Origin: Patescibacteria group bacterium | Lineage (GTDB): Bacteria > Patescibacteriota > Patescibacteriia > Magasanikbacterales > GWA2-37-8 | Assembly: GCA_041661385.1 (NCBI GenBank) | Contig: JBAZUP010000001.1 | Location: 7,382 to 71,381 of the forward strand | Direction: 5' to 3' | DNA: 64,000 nt | Shown here: positions 1 through 9,335 of the stretch, in pieces | How positions within the stretch are numbered: the stretch's first letter is position 1 | Layout of the letters: each line of letters opens with the position of its first letter | Translations under genes and position numbers: made by a program | Notes under the pieces: generated by a model | What the model was told of the DNA's origin: nothing | Database searches by the model: none | The model's input: the letters and a program-made list of their open reading frames with translations, nothing else

Positions 1-1
1 C

Positions 2-751
2 GGCACTCAAGGTCAGGCACCAGGGTTATCCGCTACTTATAATTCTGGATATGCATATGGGAACAGCAATTTAAGTAAAATATTTTTAGGCAGCGGTGGC
101 GGTGGTGTCGGCGGGGCCGGCAGTGGTATTGTGTATATTAATGGTAATTCAATAATCGTTTCGAGTGGAGGATATATATATAATTACGGTCAGTCTGCTG
201 TTTATGGATGGGGAGGGGCCGGTGGTGCGGGTGGGTCAATTTATCTGAAAGGAAATACAGTAAATCTTGCTAATGGTTTTGTGACGGCTTATTCCGGCTC
301 CGCCGATAGTTTCCCTTGGTTCACCGACGAGTGTAGTTCCTTATATCCAGGCAATGGGGGTGTGGGTCGAATAAAAATTGAATCGAATTCTGTAACCGGC
401 GTAACAAATCCAGCCGCGACAGTTGTTTCATCTATAAATTATTATAGTTCTGGTAATTATACTTCCGGACCAGTTCAGGTCGGTCCGTCAGTTACTAGTT
501 GGGGCGCCATTTCTTGGCTTTCGACTTTGACTGCAGGACAAAGCGTAGCCATGCAAGTTAGATCAGCAAATAATTCAGCAATGACTGGGGCTTCCAGCTG
601 GTGCTCGGTTGCAAGTGGTAATACCGCCGCATGTTTGCGTGCGGGGGATACCTATTTACAATATCAAGCCTCTTTAGCAAATGGCTCAAATCTTACACTA
701 ACTCCTTCCCTTGATAGTATTACAATCAATTATTTCGGTTATTCACCTTGA
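2..751 (+). CDS. C-terminal part of a large Gly/Ser/Thr-rich surface protein (5' truncated by window edge)
   Basis: Frame is open from base 2 (GTQGQAPG...LGSGGGGVGGAGSGIVYI). Repeated GGxGGxGGSIYL / GxGGVGRIKI motifs and a beta-rich tail (YLQYQASL...TPSLDSITINY). Confidence 0.75.
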   Translation, partial: GTQGQAPGLSATYNSGYAYGNSNLSKIFLGSGGGGVGGAGSGIVYINGNSIIVSSGGYIYNYGQSAVYGWGGAGGAGGSIYLKGNTVNLANGFVTAYSGSADSFPWFTDECSSLYPGNGGVGRIKIESNSVTGVTNPAATVVSSINYYSSGNYTSGPVQVGPSVTSWGAISWLSTLTAGQSVAMQVRSANNSAMTGASSWCSVASGNTAACLRAGDTYLQYQASLANGSNLTLTPSLDSITINYFGYSP

Positions 752-776
752 TAACATTCTGTTAAAGTAGTAAAAT
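748..776 (+). promoter_or_regulatory. sigma70-type promoter TTGATA-N17-TAAAAT
   Basis: Near-consensus hexamers with 17-bp spacing, 55 bp upstream of ATG 831. Confidence 0.55.
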
Positions 777-830
777 TAGGGTAAGGTAAGCAAAAAATAA
801 TAAATAAAAGTAATTTTAATAGTTTGAGTT

Positions 831-1616
831 ATGTTTGAAGATCAAGTTCTAAATCATACACAACCGCCAGCAAATTTACCTTCTGAACCGGCAGATATTT
901 TTGAGGGAGTAGATAAGGCAGTGGCTCACTCGGCGGCTGTTTCAACGCCGGTTCCAAATGCTCTTAAGTCTGGATTGTTGAAAGCTAAACCGGCGCCAAC
1001 CATTTTACCGGATCCTGGTTATTCACCTCCTGCACAGCCGGAAACAATTATTGTACAGACTCATAAGCCGAGAGCTAGTTCAAATTTTTCAAGACTTCTG
1101 AAAGTAATAATTGGAATTGTTGGTTTTTTTAGTTTGATCGTTTTGGCTTATGGTGGTTACTTTTTATATCAAAAACTTCAAGTCGTTAAATCAGTAAAAA
1201 ATGATTTGTCAGAAACATCTGTCGAAAACACTCAAAATAATTCAGTGGTGCCGGTTGTGACTACTTCTTCGACGCCACTACCTTCGTCCGAAGTTTTGTT
1301 TGGTGATGCTGATACCGATAAAGATGGTTTAACAGACTCAGAAGAAAAAATGCTTGGTACTGATCCTAAAAAAGCTGATACCGATGGTGATGGCCTTAGT
1401 GATTCTGATGAAGTAAAAATTTGGCTTACTGATCCGCTTAAAGCTGATACTGATGGTGATGGTTATTTGGACGGATCAGAAATTTTAAACGGTTTTAATC
1501 CGCGTGGGCCAGGTAAATTTGCTCCGCCGATGCCGATTGTCCGTTTTGTTACAACTACCGTATCAAGTTCTGATTTGATTTATACCAATAATGTAATAAA
1601 AGCTGAAATTAAATAA
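831..1616 (+). CDS. Single-pass membrane protein with bacterial TSP3-like Ca-binding repeats
   Basis: Pro-rich N-terminus, one TM helix (VIIGIVGFFSLIVLAYGGYFLY), three DTD(K/G)DG(L/Y)xDxxE repeats linked by TDP. Confidence 0.8.
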   Translation: MFEDQVLNHTQPPANLPSEPADIFEGVDKAVAHSAAVSTPVPNALKSGLLKAKPAPTILPDPGYSPPAQPETIIVQTHKPRASSNFSRLLKVIIGIVGFFSLIVLAYGGYFLYQKLQVVKSVKNDLSETSVENTQNNSVVPVVTTSSTPLPSSEVLFGDADTDKDGLTDSEEKMLGTDPKKADTDGDGLSDSDEVKIWLTDPLKADTDGDGYLDGSEILNGFNPRGPGKFAPPMPIVRFVTTTVSSSDLIYTNNVIKAEIK

Positions 1617-1619
1617 ATT

Positions 1620-2783
1620 ATGTTTTGGAGCAAATCCAAAAAAACGGTTGAAGAATCTGAGATAGATCAAAAGTTGACCGTTTATACTATTCCGGATGAG
1701 TTTTATGGTGGCGGAAATCCGGTCATCAAATTTCGTAATGTCGAAAAAAGTTTTGGTCCGGCACCTGCAGCAGCAGTTGTTCCGCCAAGTAAGGTTTTGT
1801 CATTAGCGCCAAAACCAATTATGCCAAGTGTGGCTGTATCAGCAAAAACAGCTGTCGGTTTTTTTGGTAATTGGAAATTAATGGCACTCGCGGCGGCTTC
1901 GTTATTTATCTTATTTTTGGGAGGTTCTGGTTTTTATTATTGGCGAACGATGCGGGCAGTGCCGCCCAAGGTTCCGGCAAAACAGGTAGAAACTGTAAAA
2001 CAAAATCCTGTACCAATAGTTGTACCGGAGTTAATTCCTACAACCACACCAGAAGTCGCGAGTTCAACTGAGCAGGAGCCGGCAGTTTCTTCGACAACTA
2101 CCCAAGCTTTGGACGGTGGAGCGCTAGAATTTCCTTCTATTTTGCTCGGTAATAGTGCGGATTTAGACCAAGACGGGCTAACTGACACAGAGGAAGAATT
2201 ATTTAAAACTGACCCAAGTAAAGCTGATTCAGACGCTGATGGCTACGAAGATGGTACGGAAATATTTTATCTATATAGTCCGTCAGTTGTTGCGCCAACT
2301 CGACTCATTACAACCGATGCAGTAAAGGAATTTTTGAATCCTCGATTTAATTATAAAATATATTATCCGACCTCTTGGGCGATCGGCAATGTTGATCCAG
2401 ATTATCGTGATGTTCTATTTAGTACGATTACCGGTGAAAACGTAGAGGTGCGGGTGTTTGATAAAAAAATCGGAGAAACTTTTGATAGTTGGTTTGCGAA
2501 TTGGGCAAAGGGTGAACAGCTTGGTTCTCTTAAAGATTTCATGACAGTTTTTAAAGGCCCCGGCCGCGCTCGAAATGATAATTTGGTTTATTATTTTGAA
2601 GATCGAGAAAAGATTTACGTGCTGATTTATCATGTCATCGGTTCCGGCAGTGTTAATTATCGCGATGTGATAAATATGATGGCAAGAAGTTTTAGATTGC
2701 CAAGTGAGAGTGGAGCAGTTTTACCGGAACAAAAAGTTATTCGCGAAACAGCACCCGGTGCGGAAGTTCCGCTGGTACCATAA
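1620..2783 (+). CDS. Single-pass membrane protein with TSP3-like repeats and a C-terminal PsbP-like region
   Basis: TM helix, DLDQDGLTDTEE..TDP..ADSDADGYEDGTE, then FxNPRFNYKIYYPTSW. Confidence 0.75.
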   Translation: MFWSKSKKTVEESEIDQKLTVYTIPDEFYGGGNPVIKFRNVEKSFGPAPAAAVVPPSKVLSLAPKPIMPSVAVSAKTAVGFFGNWKLMALAAASLFILFLGGSGFYYWRTMRAVPPKVPAKQVETVKQNPVPIVVPELIPTTTPEVASSTEQEPAVSSTTTQALDGGALEFPSILLGNSADLDQDGLTDTEEELFKTDPSKADSDADGYEDGTEIFYLYSPSVVAPTRLITTDAVKEFLNPRFNYKIYYPTSWAIGNVDPDYRDVLFSTITGENVEVRVFDKKIGETFDSWFANWAKGEQLGSLKDFMTVFKGPGRARNDNLVYYFEDREKIYVLIYHVIGSGSVNYRDVINMMARSFRLPSESGAVLPEQKVIRETAPGAEVPLVP

Positions 2784-2785
2784 GT

Positions 2786-3232
2786 ATGGCTGAGATTCTT
2801 TATTATAAAAAAGTTTCGTGTCCGGTTAGTAAAGGGCAAGTAGAAAAAATTGTAGATTTGGCCGCAAGTTTTGAGAAAAAAATTTGTGGTATAACAGAAG
2901 TATCAATCGTTTCGGAAAATATTATAAAAAAGTTAAACAAAAAATTTCGAGGAAAAGATAAAGTTACCGATGTGCTTTCTTTCTCCTTGAGAAAAGGGGG
3001 GATAGTGGCGGGCCCTTTTTTTGGCGAACTTTATATTTGTTATCCACAAATTGTAAGGCAAGCAAAAGAATTTGGTGTTTCAGTTAATGAGGAATTTTCA
3101 AGAATGTTAGTGCATGGCTTGTTGCATCTCGCGGATCATGATCATCAAAAAAAAGCTGAATCAGATAAAATGTTTAAATTACAGGAAAAAATAATTACAG
3201 TTGCAAAAAAGAATAGAGTAATTAAAATATGA
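2786..3232 (+). CDS. ybeY: rRNA maturation endoribonuclease YbeY
   Basis: LNKKFRGKDKVTDVLSF, GELYIC, and metal motif HGLLHLADHDH. Confidence 0.95.
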   Translation: MAEILYYKKVSCPVSKGQVEKIVDLAASFEKKICGITEVSIVSENIIKKLNKKFRGKDKVTDVLSFSLRKGGIVAGPFFGELYICYPQIVRQAKEFGVSVNEEFSRMLVHGLLHLADHDHQKKAESDKMFKLQEKIITVAKKNRVIKI

Positions 3233-3597
3233 CAACTGTCGAAAGATTATTGAGGAGTTTTGCAGATGCCGGGCGAGGCGTTGTGTATGTTTTTAAAAAA
3301 GAACAAAATTTTCGCTTGCAGATTTTTGCTGGTCTAATAGTTTTTGTTACGATTTTCGTTTTACCTCTTCGCTCTTGGGAAACTATTGTTCTTATTTTAA
3401 TGGTGGTTATGGTTCTAACTATGGAACTTTTAAATACTGCTCTAGAAAATTTTACGGATTTGTTTAAACCCCGCATTCATCCGTATGTCGGCATTATTAA
3501 GGATATTATGGCGGCAGCGGTTCTCATTACTGCTCTTGGTGCTTTAGTTATTGGTAGCATTATTATTTATCCTCACTTTATCGGTTTGCTAAAATAG
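3229..3597 (+). CDS. dgkA: Diacylglycerol/undecaprenol kinase (DgkA family)
   Basis: SFxxAxRG, EQNFR, ELLNTALE, IKDIMAAAV motifs; classic position after ybeY. Confidence 0.9.
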   Translation: MTTVERLLRSFADAGRGVVYVFKKEQNFRLQIFAGLIVFVTIFVLPLRSWETIVLILMVVMVLTMELLNTALENFTDLFKPRIHPYVGIIKDIMAAAVLITALGALVIGSIIIYPHFIGLLK

Positions 3598-3626
3598 TGT
3601 ATAATATAGTCAGTCTGAAATGTTTT

Positions 3627-4895
3627 ATGAGGAAAGGTTCGCAAAACTTGATTACCGGTATAGATATCGGTTCATCGGCGGTTAGACTAGCAGTTGGACA
3701 ATTTGTCCGACGTGACGGATCCGACGAAGAACTCGAATTGCAGATTTTGGGTGCAGTAGAAGCCCCGTCTTCCGGTGTAAAAAACGGCACTATCAACAGC
3801 ATCGACGATGTTGTTTCTTCGGTTTCCGCTTGTCTTGAAGAAGCTGAGCGAGTAGTAGGGAGTCCGATTAAAAGTGCTTGGGTAGGTGTTTCTGGTCACA
3901 ATATTATTTCACAGCCCAGCCGCGCCTATGTTGCGGTTTCAAAAGGTGATAACGAAATTACCAGAGAAGATGTACTTAGAGTAATAGAATCATCAAAATC
4001 GGTCGCCACACCGCTTAACTTTGAAGTTTTACACGTCTTACCAAAGAGCTTTAGTATTGACGGGCAAAGTAATATCAAAGATCCGATCGGTATGACGGGC
4101 ATGCGTCTCGAGGTTGATTCGCAAATAATTTTAGGTCCGACACCGCAAATTAAAAATTTGACCAGAGCAATCTTTCGCACCGGCCTAGAAATAGATGGAT
4201 TAGTTTTAAATATTATTGCCGCTTCAGACGCTGTTCTTACTGATCAACAAAAAGAAATTGGGGTAGTAGTTGTGAATATTGGTGTTTCAACCACCAGTCT
4301 CGTGGTTTTTGAAGAAGGGGAGATCATTCACACTGCAGTTCTCAAGGTAGGCAGTGGACACGTGACCAACGATCTTGCACTTGGTTTGCGCACGAATGTC
4401 GATGTTGCTGAGGCAATTAAAATCGAATTTGGTGATTGTGTATCGAGTAATATTAATCGCCGCGACGAAATCGACCTTCAAACTCTTGGAGCTCCGGAGC
4501 AAGAATTTGTCCGCAAGCAAATGGTGGGTGAAATTGTCGAAATGCGCATGGAAGAAATATTACAAATGATTGATGCTGATTTACGCAAAATAAATCGTAA
4601 CGGTAATTTACCGGCTGGTGCCGTATTTATTGGCGGGGGAGCGAAAATTCCACATTTGGTCGATTTAGCTCGTAAGAAATTACGATTACCAGCAATGCTT
4701 GGTTATCCGCTTGATATGATAGGTGTTTCCGATCGTATCAGTGATTTATCCTTTACTACCGCAATTGGACTGGTAAAAAATGGTGCAATGGAAAGCGTTA
4801 CCGGACCGGCTAATTCAGTTATGGGTGCGTCGCGTCGTAAAGCCGGCGGGTGGTTAAAAAAATTTGGACAGTGGTTTAAGATTTTGATTCCATGA
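3627..4895 (+). CDS. ftsA: Cell division protein FtsA
   Basis: GIDIGSS, GVKNGTI, DPIGMTGMRLEV, GGGAKI motifs; upstream of ftsZ. ATG 3627 preferred as start. Confidence 0.95.
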   Translation: MRKGSQNLITGIDIGSSAVRLAVGQFVRRDGSDEELELQILGAVEAPSSGVKNGTINSIDDVVSSVSACLEEAERVVGSPIKSAWVGVSGHNIISQPSRAYVAVSKGDNEITREDVLRVIESSKSVATPLNFEVLHVLPKSFSIDGQSNIKDPIGMTGMRLEVDSQIILGPTPQIKNLTRAIFRTGLEIDGLVLNIIAASDAVLTDQQKEIGVVVVNIGVSTTSLVVFEEGEIIHTAVLKVGSGHVTNDLALGLRTNVDVAEAIKIEFGDCVSSNINRRDEIDLQTLGAPEQEFVRKQMVGEIVEMRMEEILQMIDADLRKINRNGNLPAGAVFIGGGAKIPHLVDLARKKLRLPAMLGYPLDMIGVSDRISDLSFTTAIGLVKNGAMESVTGPANSVMGASRRKAGGWLKKFGQWFKILIP

Positions 4896-4900
4896 AAATC

Positions 4901-4929
4901 TTGACAGTAAATTGACTACCAGTTACACT
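4901..4929 (+). promoter_or_regulatory. sigma70-type promoter for ftsZ, TTGACA-N17-TACACT
   Basis: Consensus -35 with 17-bp spacer in the ftsA-ftsZ gap, followed by two short leader hairpins. Confidence 0.6.
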
Positions 4930-5009
4930 ATACTGCGAAGACTTGTCTTCGTTATTTTATTAATAGGGGTTGAATACCAAATTTGTTCAATCCACTGAAT
5001 TCAAAATTT

Positions 5010-6206
5010 ATGCCGCAAGTTAAACCGGAGATGGAGGCATTTGCCAAAATAAAAGTTGTGGGTGTGGGTGGATCCGGTGGGTCAGCCATAAACCGCATGA
5101 TGGCTACCAAAATACGTGGTGTAGATTTTATTGCTATGAACACGGATGTTCAGGCTCTTCATTATAACAGCGCTCCTCACAAAATTCATATTGGTAAATC
5201 TGTTACGCGCGGACTTGGCGCTGGTATGGATCCTGAAATTGGCAGACGCGCGGCTGAAGAATCACAAAATGAAATTCGTGAAGCGCTTAAAGATACCGAC
5301 ATGGTTTTTATTACGTGTGGTATGGGTGGCGGAACTGGTTCCGGGGCTTCATCTTTAGTTGCTCAAATTGCCAAAGAAATGGGTGCATTAACAATTGCCG
5401 TGGTAACTAAACCGTTTAGTTGGGAAGGTCCTCAGCGCTGCGCGATTGCGGAAAAAGCCTGGGAGGAGCTCGCAAAAAATGTTGATTCGATTATAACGAT
5501 ACCCAACGATCGAATATTACAGGTTGTTGAAAAGAAAACTGGTCTGCTTGAAGCGTTTAAAATTGCTGATGATGTGTTGCGCCAAGGTGTTCAAGGTATT
5601 TCTGAGCTTATTACTATTCCAGGTTTAATCAATGTTGATTTTGCCGATGTCAAAGCCATTATGCGCGACACCGGTTCAGCGCTTATGGGAATTGGTTCCA
5701 GTACCGGTGAAAATCGCGCAATTGAAGCAGCGCGAGGCGCTATTTCGAGTCCGCTTCTTGAGTTATCAATTGACGGTGCTCATGGCATACTATTTACTAT
5801 CACCGGCGGACCGGACCTTGCAATGTCCGAAGTTAGTGAAGCGGCCAAAATTATTACTAGTTCCGCCGCGCCAGACGCCAAGATTATTTTTGGAGCGATC
5901 ATTGATGAATCAATGACTGGCAGTATGCGTATTTCGGTAGTTGCTACCGGTTTCGATGGTCGTCGTCCAAGCTCTAATCGCGAAGAGGAATCCAATGCTG
6001 GTTTTTTGGGTGGTAAATACGTTCCAAGTAACTTCTTACGCAAAACTCAAAAAGAAGAGGAAGAAAAAGAAAAAATGTTTAAAACTATAGTTCAAAAATC
6101 ACCAGTTACACCAGTAGCCACTCCGGATAAAAATAAAACCCCGGTTCAAACTCCTGAAGAAGAATTAGAAATTCCTACTTTTATTCGTCGCAAAATGGGT
6201 TTGTAA
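5010..6206 (+). CDS. ftsZ: Cell division protein FtsZ
   Basis: IKVVGVGGSG, GMGGGTGSG tubulin signature, NVDFAD, C-terminal EIPTFIRR peptide. Confidence 0.98.
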   Translation: MPQVKPEMEAFAKIKVVGVGGSGGSAINRMMATKIRGVDFIAMNTDVQALHYNSAPHKIHIGKSVTRGLGAGMDPEIGRRAAEESQNEIREALKDTDMVFITCGMGGGTGSGASSLVAQIAKEMGALTIAVVTKPFSWEGPQRCAIAEKAWEELAKNVDSIITIPNDRILQVVEKKTGLLEAFKIADDVLRQGVQGISELITIPGLINVDFADVKAIMRDTGSALMGIGSSTGENRAIEAARGAISSPLLELSIDGAHGILFTITGGPDLAMSEVSEAAKIITSSAAPDAKIIFGAIIDESMTGSMRISVVATGFDGRRPSSNREEESNAGFLGGKYVPSNFLRKTQKEEEEKEKMFKTIVQKSPVTPVATPDKNKTPVQTPEEELEIPTFIRRKMGL

Positions 6207-6220
6207 ACTAGAGAAATCAC

Positions 6221-6673
6221 ATGCGTTGTCCGGTTTGCAATTATAAAGAATTAAGCGTACTCGACACCCGCTCTTCTGAGGATGGTCTTTCGGTGCGTCG
6301 CCGGCGTGAGTGCGACAAATGTCATTATCGGTTTTCCACTGTGGAAGAAACAGAATTACTCGACATTATAGTCGTAAAACAAAATGGCGAACGCCAAAGT
6401 TACATGCGTGAAAAAATCGAAAGCGGCATTCGTCGTTCGCTTACCAAGCGTCCTTATACACAGGAAAAATTTCATCAACTCGTTCACCTCATTGAAAGAG
6501 ATATTCAAAAAAAGAAACGCCGTGAAATTGCGAGTAAAGAAATAGGTGAGAGTGTCATGAAGCATCTTCACAGTTTCGATAAAATCGCGTATATTAGGTT
6601 TGCGAGTGTTTACCGAGATTTTAAAGATGTAAAAACTTTTGAAAAAGAACTCAAAAAGTTGAAAATGAAATAA
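6221..6673 (+). CDS. nrdR: Transcriptional repressor NrdR
   Basis: MRCPVC...RRRRECDKCHYRFST zinc ribbon, ATP cone, AYIRFASVYR. Confidence 0.97.
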   Translation: MRCPVCNYKELSVLDTRSSEDGLSVRRRRECDKCHYRFSTVEETELLDIIVVKQNGERQSYMREKIESGIRRSLTKRPYTQEKFHQLVHLIERDIQKKKRREIASKEIGESVMKHLHSFDKIAYIRFASVYRDFKDVKTFEKELKKLKMK

Positions 6674-6677
6674 TGTT

Positions 6678-7142
6678 ATGCTGTTTAAGCATGCGGACGA
6701 AAAAACAGAGCCAAAAAAAACCGAACTGGCCATTCCGCCGGTGGTTGATGCTGCCTCCGCAGTTAGTGTCGAACCAGTCAAAGTTGAAAAAGATGTGAGT
6801 CCGGCCGCTCTACGCGAATTACTTGAAAAGAATCTCAAGTGGTCACAGATCATTTATGAACAAAACCGCAAAATTAACGGCAAGCTTTTTTGGACCGCTT
6901 TTGCCAATTGGGTTCGTCTTATTATTCTAGTTGGCACCTTTGCGGCAGCAGCATGGTTTTTGCCGCCGTTAGTTGGAAATGTTTTTAATCAGTATAACTC
7001 TATTATGACCGGCATTACTGATCCTTCATCGGCTATCAAGGGTGGTTCGGCCGCAGATTTGTGTAAACTTCTTCCGGCTAATTTACAAGATGGTTGCAAA
7101 AATATTACGAGCAATCCTTCAACAAATATTCCTAAACAATAA
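6678..7142 (+). CDS. Hypothetical membrane protein (coiled coil plus TM hairpin)
   Basis: Clean ORF 4 bp after nrdR; LRELLEKNL helix followed by a hydrophobic segment. Confidence 0.7.
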   Translation: MLFKHADEKTEPKKTELAIPPVVDAASAVSVEPVKVEKDVSPAALRELLEKNLKWSQIIYEQNRKINGKLFWTAFANWVRLIILVGTFAAAAWFLPPLVGNVFNQYNSIMTGITDPSSAIKGGSAADLCKLLPANLQDGCKNITSNPSTNIPKQ

Positions 7143-7176
7143 AAAACCCGCCACATCGGCGGGCTTTTTCTTTTTT
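7141..7176. terminator. Bidirectional intrinsic terminator
   Basis: AAAAAA-CCCGCC-acatc-GGCGGG-CTTTTT between convergent genes. Confidence 0.75.
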
Positions 7177-7177
7177 A

Positions 7178-8425
7178 TTATTTTAAAGTCGGGTAAAGTG
7201 GAAATTTTTTGGTCAGGTTTTTAACCTGATTTTTTATTTCGGCTAGTTTAGTGTCGTCTTTATGATTTAAAATTACTTCTTCAATCCAGGCAGCCACTTG
7301 CTTCATTTCAATTTCTTTCATACCTCTCGTGGTTAGGGCAGGTGTGCCTAGGCGAATGCCAGACGGATCCATAGGTGAGCGCGGATCATCAGGAATCATG
7401 TTTTTATTCACCGTGATGCCGGCTTTGTCGAGCGCAATTTGTGCTTCTTTGCCGGATAATCCTTTTGGTGTTACATCCATGAGAAGGAGGTGATTGTCGG
7501 TGCCGCCAAAACAAAGTTTATAGCCAAGTTTGTTAAATTCTGTTTCTAGCACTTTGGCATTCTTTTTAATTTGTTTTGCATATTCCTTAAATTCCGGCAG
7601 TAGTGCTTCTTTAAATGCGACCGCTTTCGCGGCAATATTATTTTCGTGTGGTCCGCCCTGCATGCCGGGGAATACCGCTTTATCAATTTGTTTAGCAAAT
7701 TTTTCTTTACACATTATCATGCCGCCGCGTGGTCCACGTAAAGTTTTGTGAGTTGTGGTGGTCACAATATCAAAAACCGGTACTGGGTTATTCATTTGTC
7801 CGCCGGCAATGAGACCGGCAATGTGAGCGATGTCCGCCATTGTTATCGCTCCGACCTCATCGGCGATAGCTTTTATTTTTTCATATTCAATTTCACGTGA
7901 ATAAGCTGAATAACCGACCAAAATTAGTTTTGGTTTGTGTTCTAGTGCCATTTGGCGCAGATTATCAAGATCAATTTTACCGCTCGCATCGGTTTTATAT
8001 CGGACAAAATTATAGATTTGCGCGGAAAAGGTCACTGGGTGCCCGTGGGTAAGGTGCCCGCCATGTGAGAGGTCCATGCCAAGCACGGTGTCCCCAGGCT
8101 TTAATATGGCTGAGTAGGCGATCATGTTGGCCGGCGCTCCGGAGAGCGGCTGAACATTTACATGTTCAGCGCCAAAAAGCATTTTGGCCCGGTCAATGGC
8201 GAGTTGCTCTACTTCATCAATAAATTCACATCCGCCATAGTAGCGTTTGCCAGGGTAGCCTTCTGAATATTTATTTGTTAATACGGAGCCGAGCGCTTCA
8301 AGTACCGCAGGGGAGACAAAATTTTCCGATGGAATCATTTCGAGGCCCTCTTCTTCGCGGTTCTGCTCGCGGCCAATGCTGGCTTTTATTTCCGGGTCAA
8401 ACTCCTTTAGCGTTTGAATGTGCAT
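7178..8425 (-). CDS. glyA: Serine hydroxymethyltransferase
   Basis: [29 protein letters not shown] lysine motif [14 protein letters not shown]. Confidence 0.98.
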   Translation of the reverse strand: MHIQTLKEFDPEIKASIGREQNREEEGLEMIPSENFVSPAVLEALGSVLTNKYSEGYPGKRYYGGCEFIDEVEQLAIDRAKMLFGAEHVNVQPLSGAPANMIAYSAILKPGDTVLGMDLSHGGHLTHGHPVTFSAQIYNFVRYKTDASGKIDLDNLRQMALEHKPKLILVGYSAYSREIEYEKIKAIADEVGAITMADIAHIAGLIAGGQMNNPVPVFDIVTTTTHKTLRGPRGGMIMCKEKFAKQIDKAVFPGMQGGPHENNIAAKAVAFKEALLPEFKEYAKQIKKNAKVLETEFNKLGYKLCFGGTDNHLLLMDVTPKGLSGKEAQIALDKAGITVNKNMIPDDPRSPMDPSGIRLGTPALTTRGMKEIEMKQVAAWIEEVILNHKDDTKLAEIKNQVKNLTKKFPLYPTLK

Positions 8426-8426
8426 A

Positions 8427-9284
8427 TTATTTAAATATTTTCTTTAAGATTGAATTTATAAAATCAAATGATCCATCATTCAGAATAAGAGCGTCATAAT
8501 GCCGTTCAAAATGTACTATATTTTCATCGGTTACATCAACATTCAGAAAACCAATTTTTAAAAGATTATTGCATACAAATCCTTCAATCATGCCAATGTC
8601 GCCAAAATTATCACCTAGCAATATGACATTCTTCCGGTTTTTTATCGTTTCATACACTGGAAAATTTTGTAGCATGGTTTCGTCTTTGTTCACGCCGGTT
8701 ATTATTGGTTTTTTAATATCCACTGCGTTTCCGTTTTCATCCCAGACAAATTCATTGCTAATAATGTGAATATTCGAAAAAAATAATTTTTCATGTTCAA
8801 AAAACTTTCGAATTGCTTCACTGCCGAGACCACTTGCCGACATTATGACCAGGGGAATATTATTTTTATGCAAAGTTTTTAGAAATTCTGCAACGCCAGG
8901 TCGAAATTTTACGACTCCCGATGTCATGGCTTTTTCAATGTCTTTACGGTGTAGTCCACATTCACGAAGAAGTTTGAAATGAGCGGTCCACCATTCTTCC
9001 ATTATGTCTTTCTTTTTTTCTTTTGTTACAGCAGGGTCTCGTTCGATTGTTCCATAGTGCGCATAGAGGGCTTTGGCGCGAGGCGCGTAATCGGGAGTGA
9101 GATAATTGTGATCGCGAAGGATAGCGGTAATCGATGGCGTTGGTACTCCGTTTACAAAGGCGAGGGTGAGGGTGCGGTCAAAATCGGCAATAATATGAAG
9201 GTTCTTTGCTCCGCCGTTTGCAATTTCGTGTTCGATTTTTTCAAACAATACCTCGTTAGAAATTCTGATTTTGTCGGTAATCAT
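8427..9284 (-). CDS. Pyrimidine 5'-nucleotidase, cN-III/UMPH-1 (NT5C3-like) HAD family
   Basis: [51 protein letters not shown] follow the order of NT5C3 motifs. Start could be 9284 or 9314. Confidence 0.85.
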   Translation of the reverse strand: MITDKIRISNEVLFEKIEHEIANGGAKNLHIIADFDRTLTLAFVNGVPTPSITAILRDHNYLTPDYAPRAKALYAHYGTIERDPAVTKEKKKDIMEEWWTAHFKLLRECGLHRKDIEKAMTSGVVKFRPGVAEFLKTLHKNNIPLVIMSASGLGSEAIRKFFEHEKLFFSNIHIISNEFVWDENGNAVDIKKPIITGVNKDETMLQNFPVYETIKNRKNVILLGDNFGDIGMIEGFVCNNLLKIGFLNVDVTDENIVHFERHYDALILNDGSFDFINSILKKIFK

Positions 9285-9335
9285 AAGCCTCAAATAGTGG
9301 CTCCATGATATCATTTAGAAGAGTTGATTGCAAAC

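Noticed and set aside
8426-8426. Riboswitch (ZTP/THF) upstream of glyA
   Set aside because: Only 1 bp separates glyA from the upstream gene.
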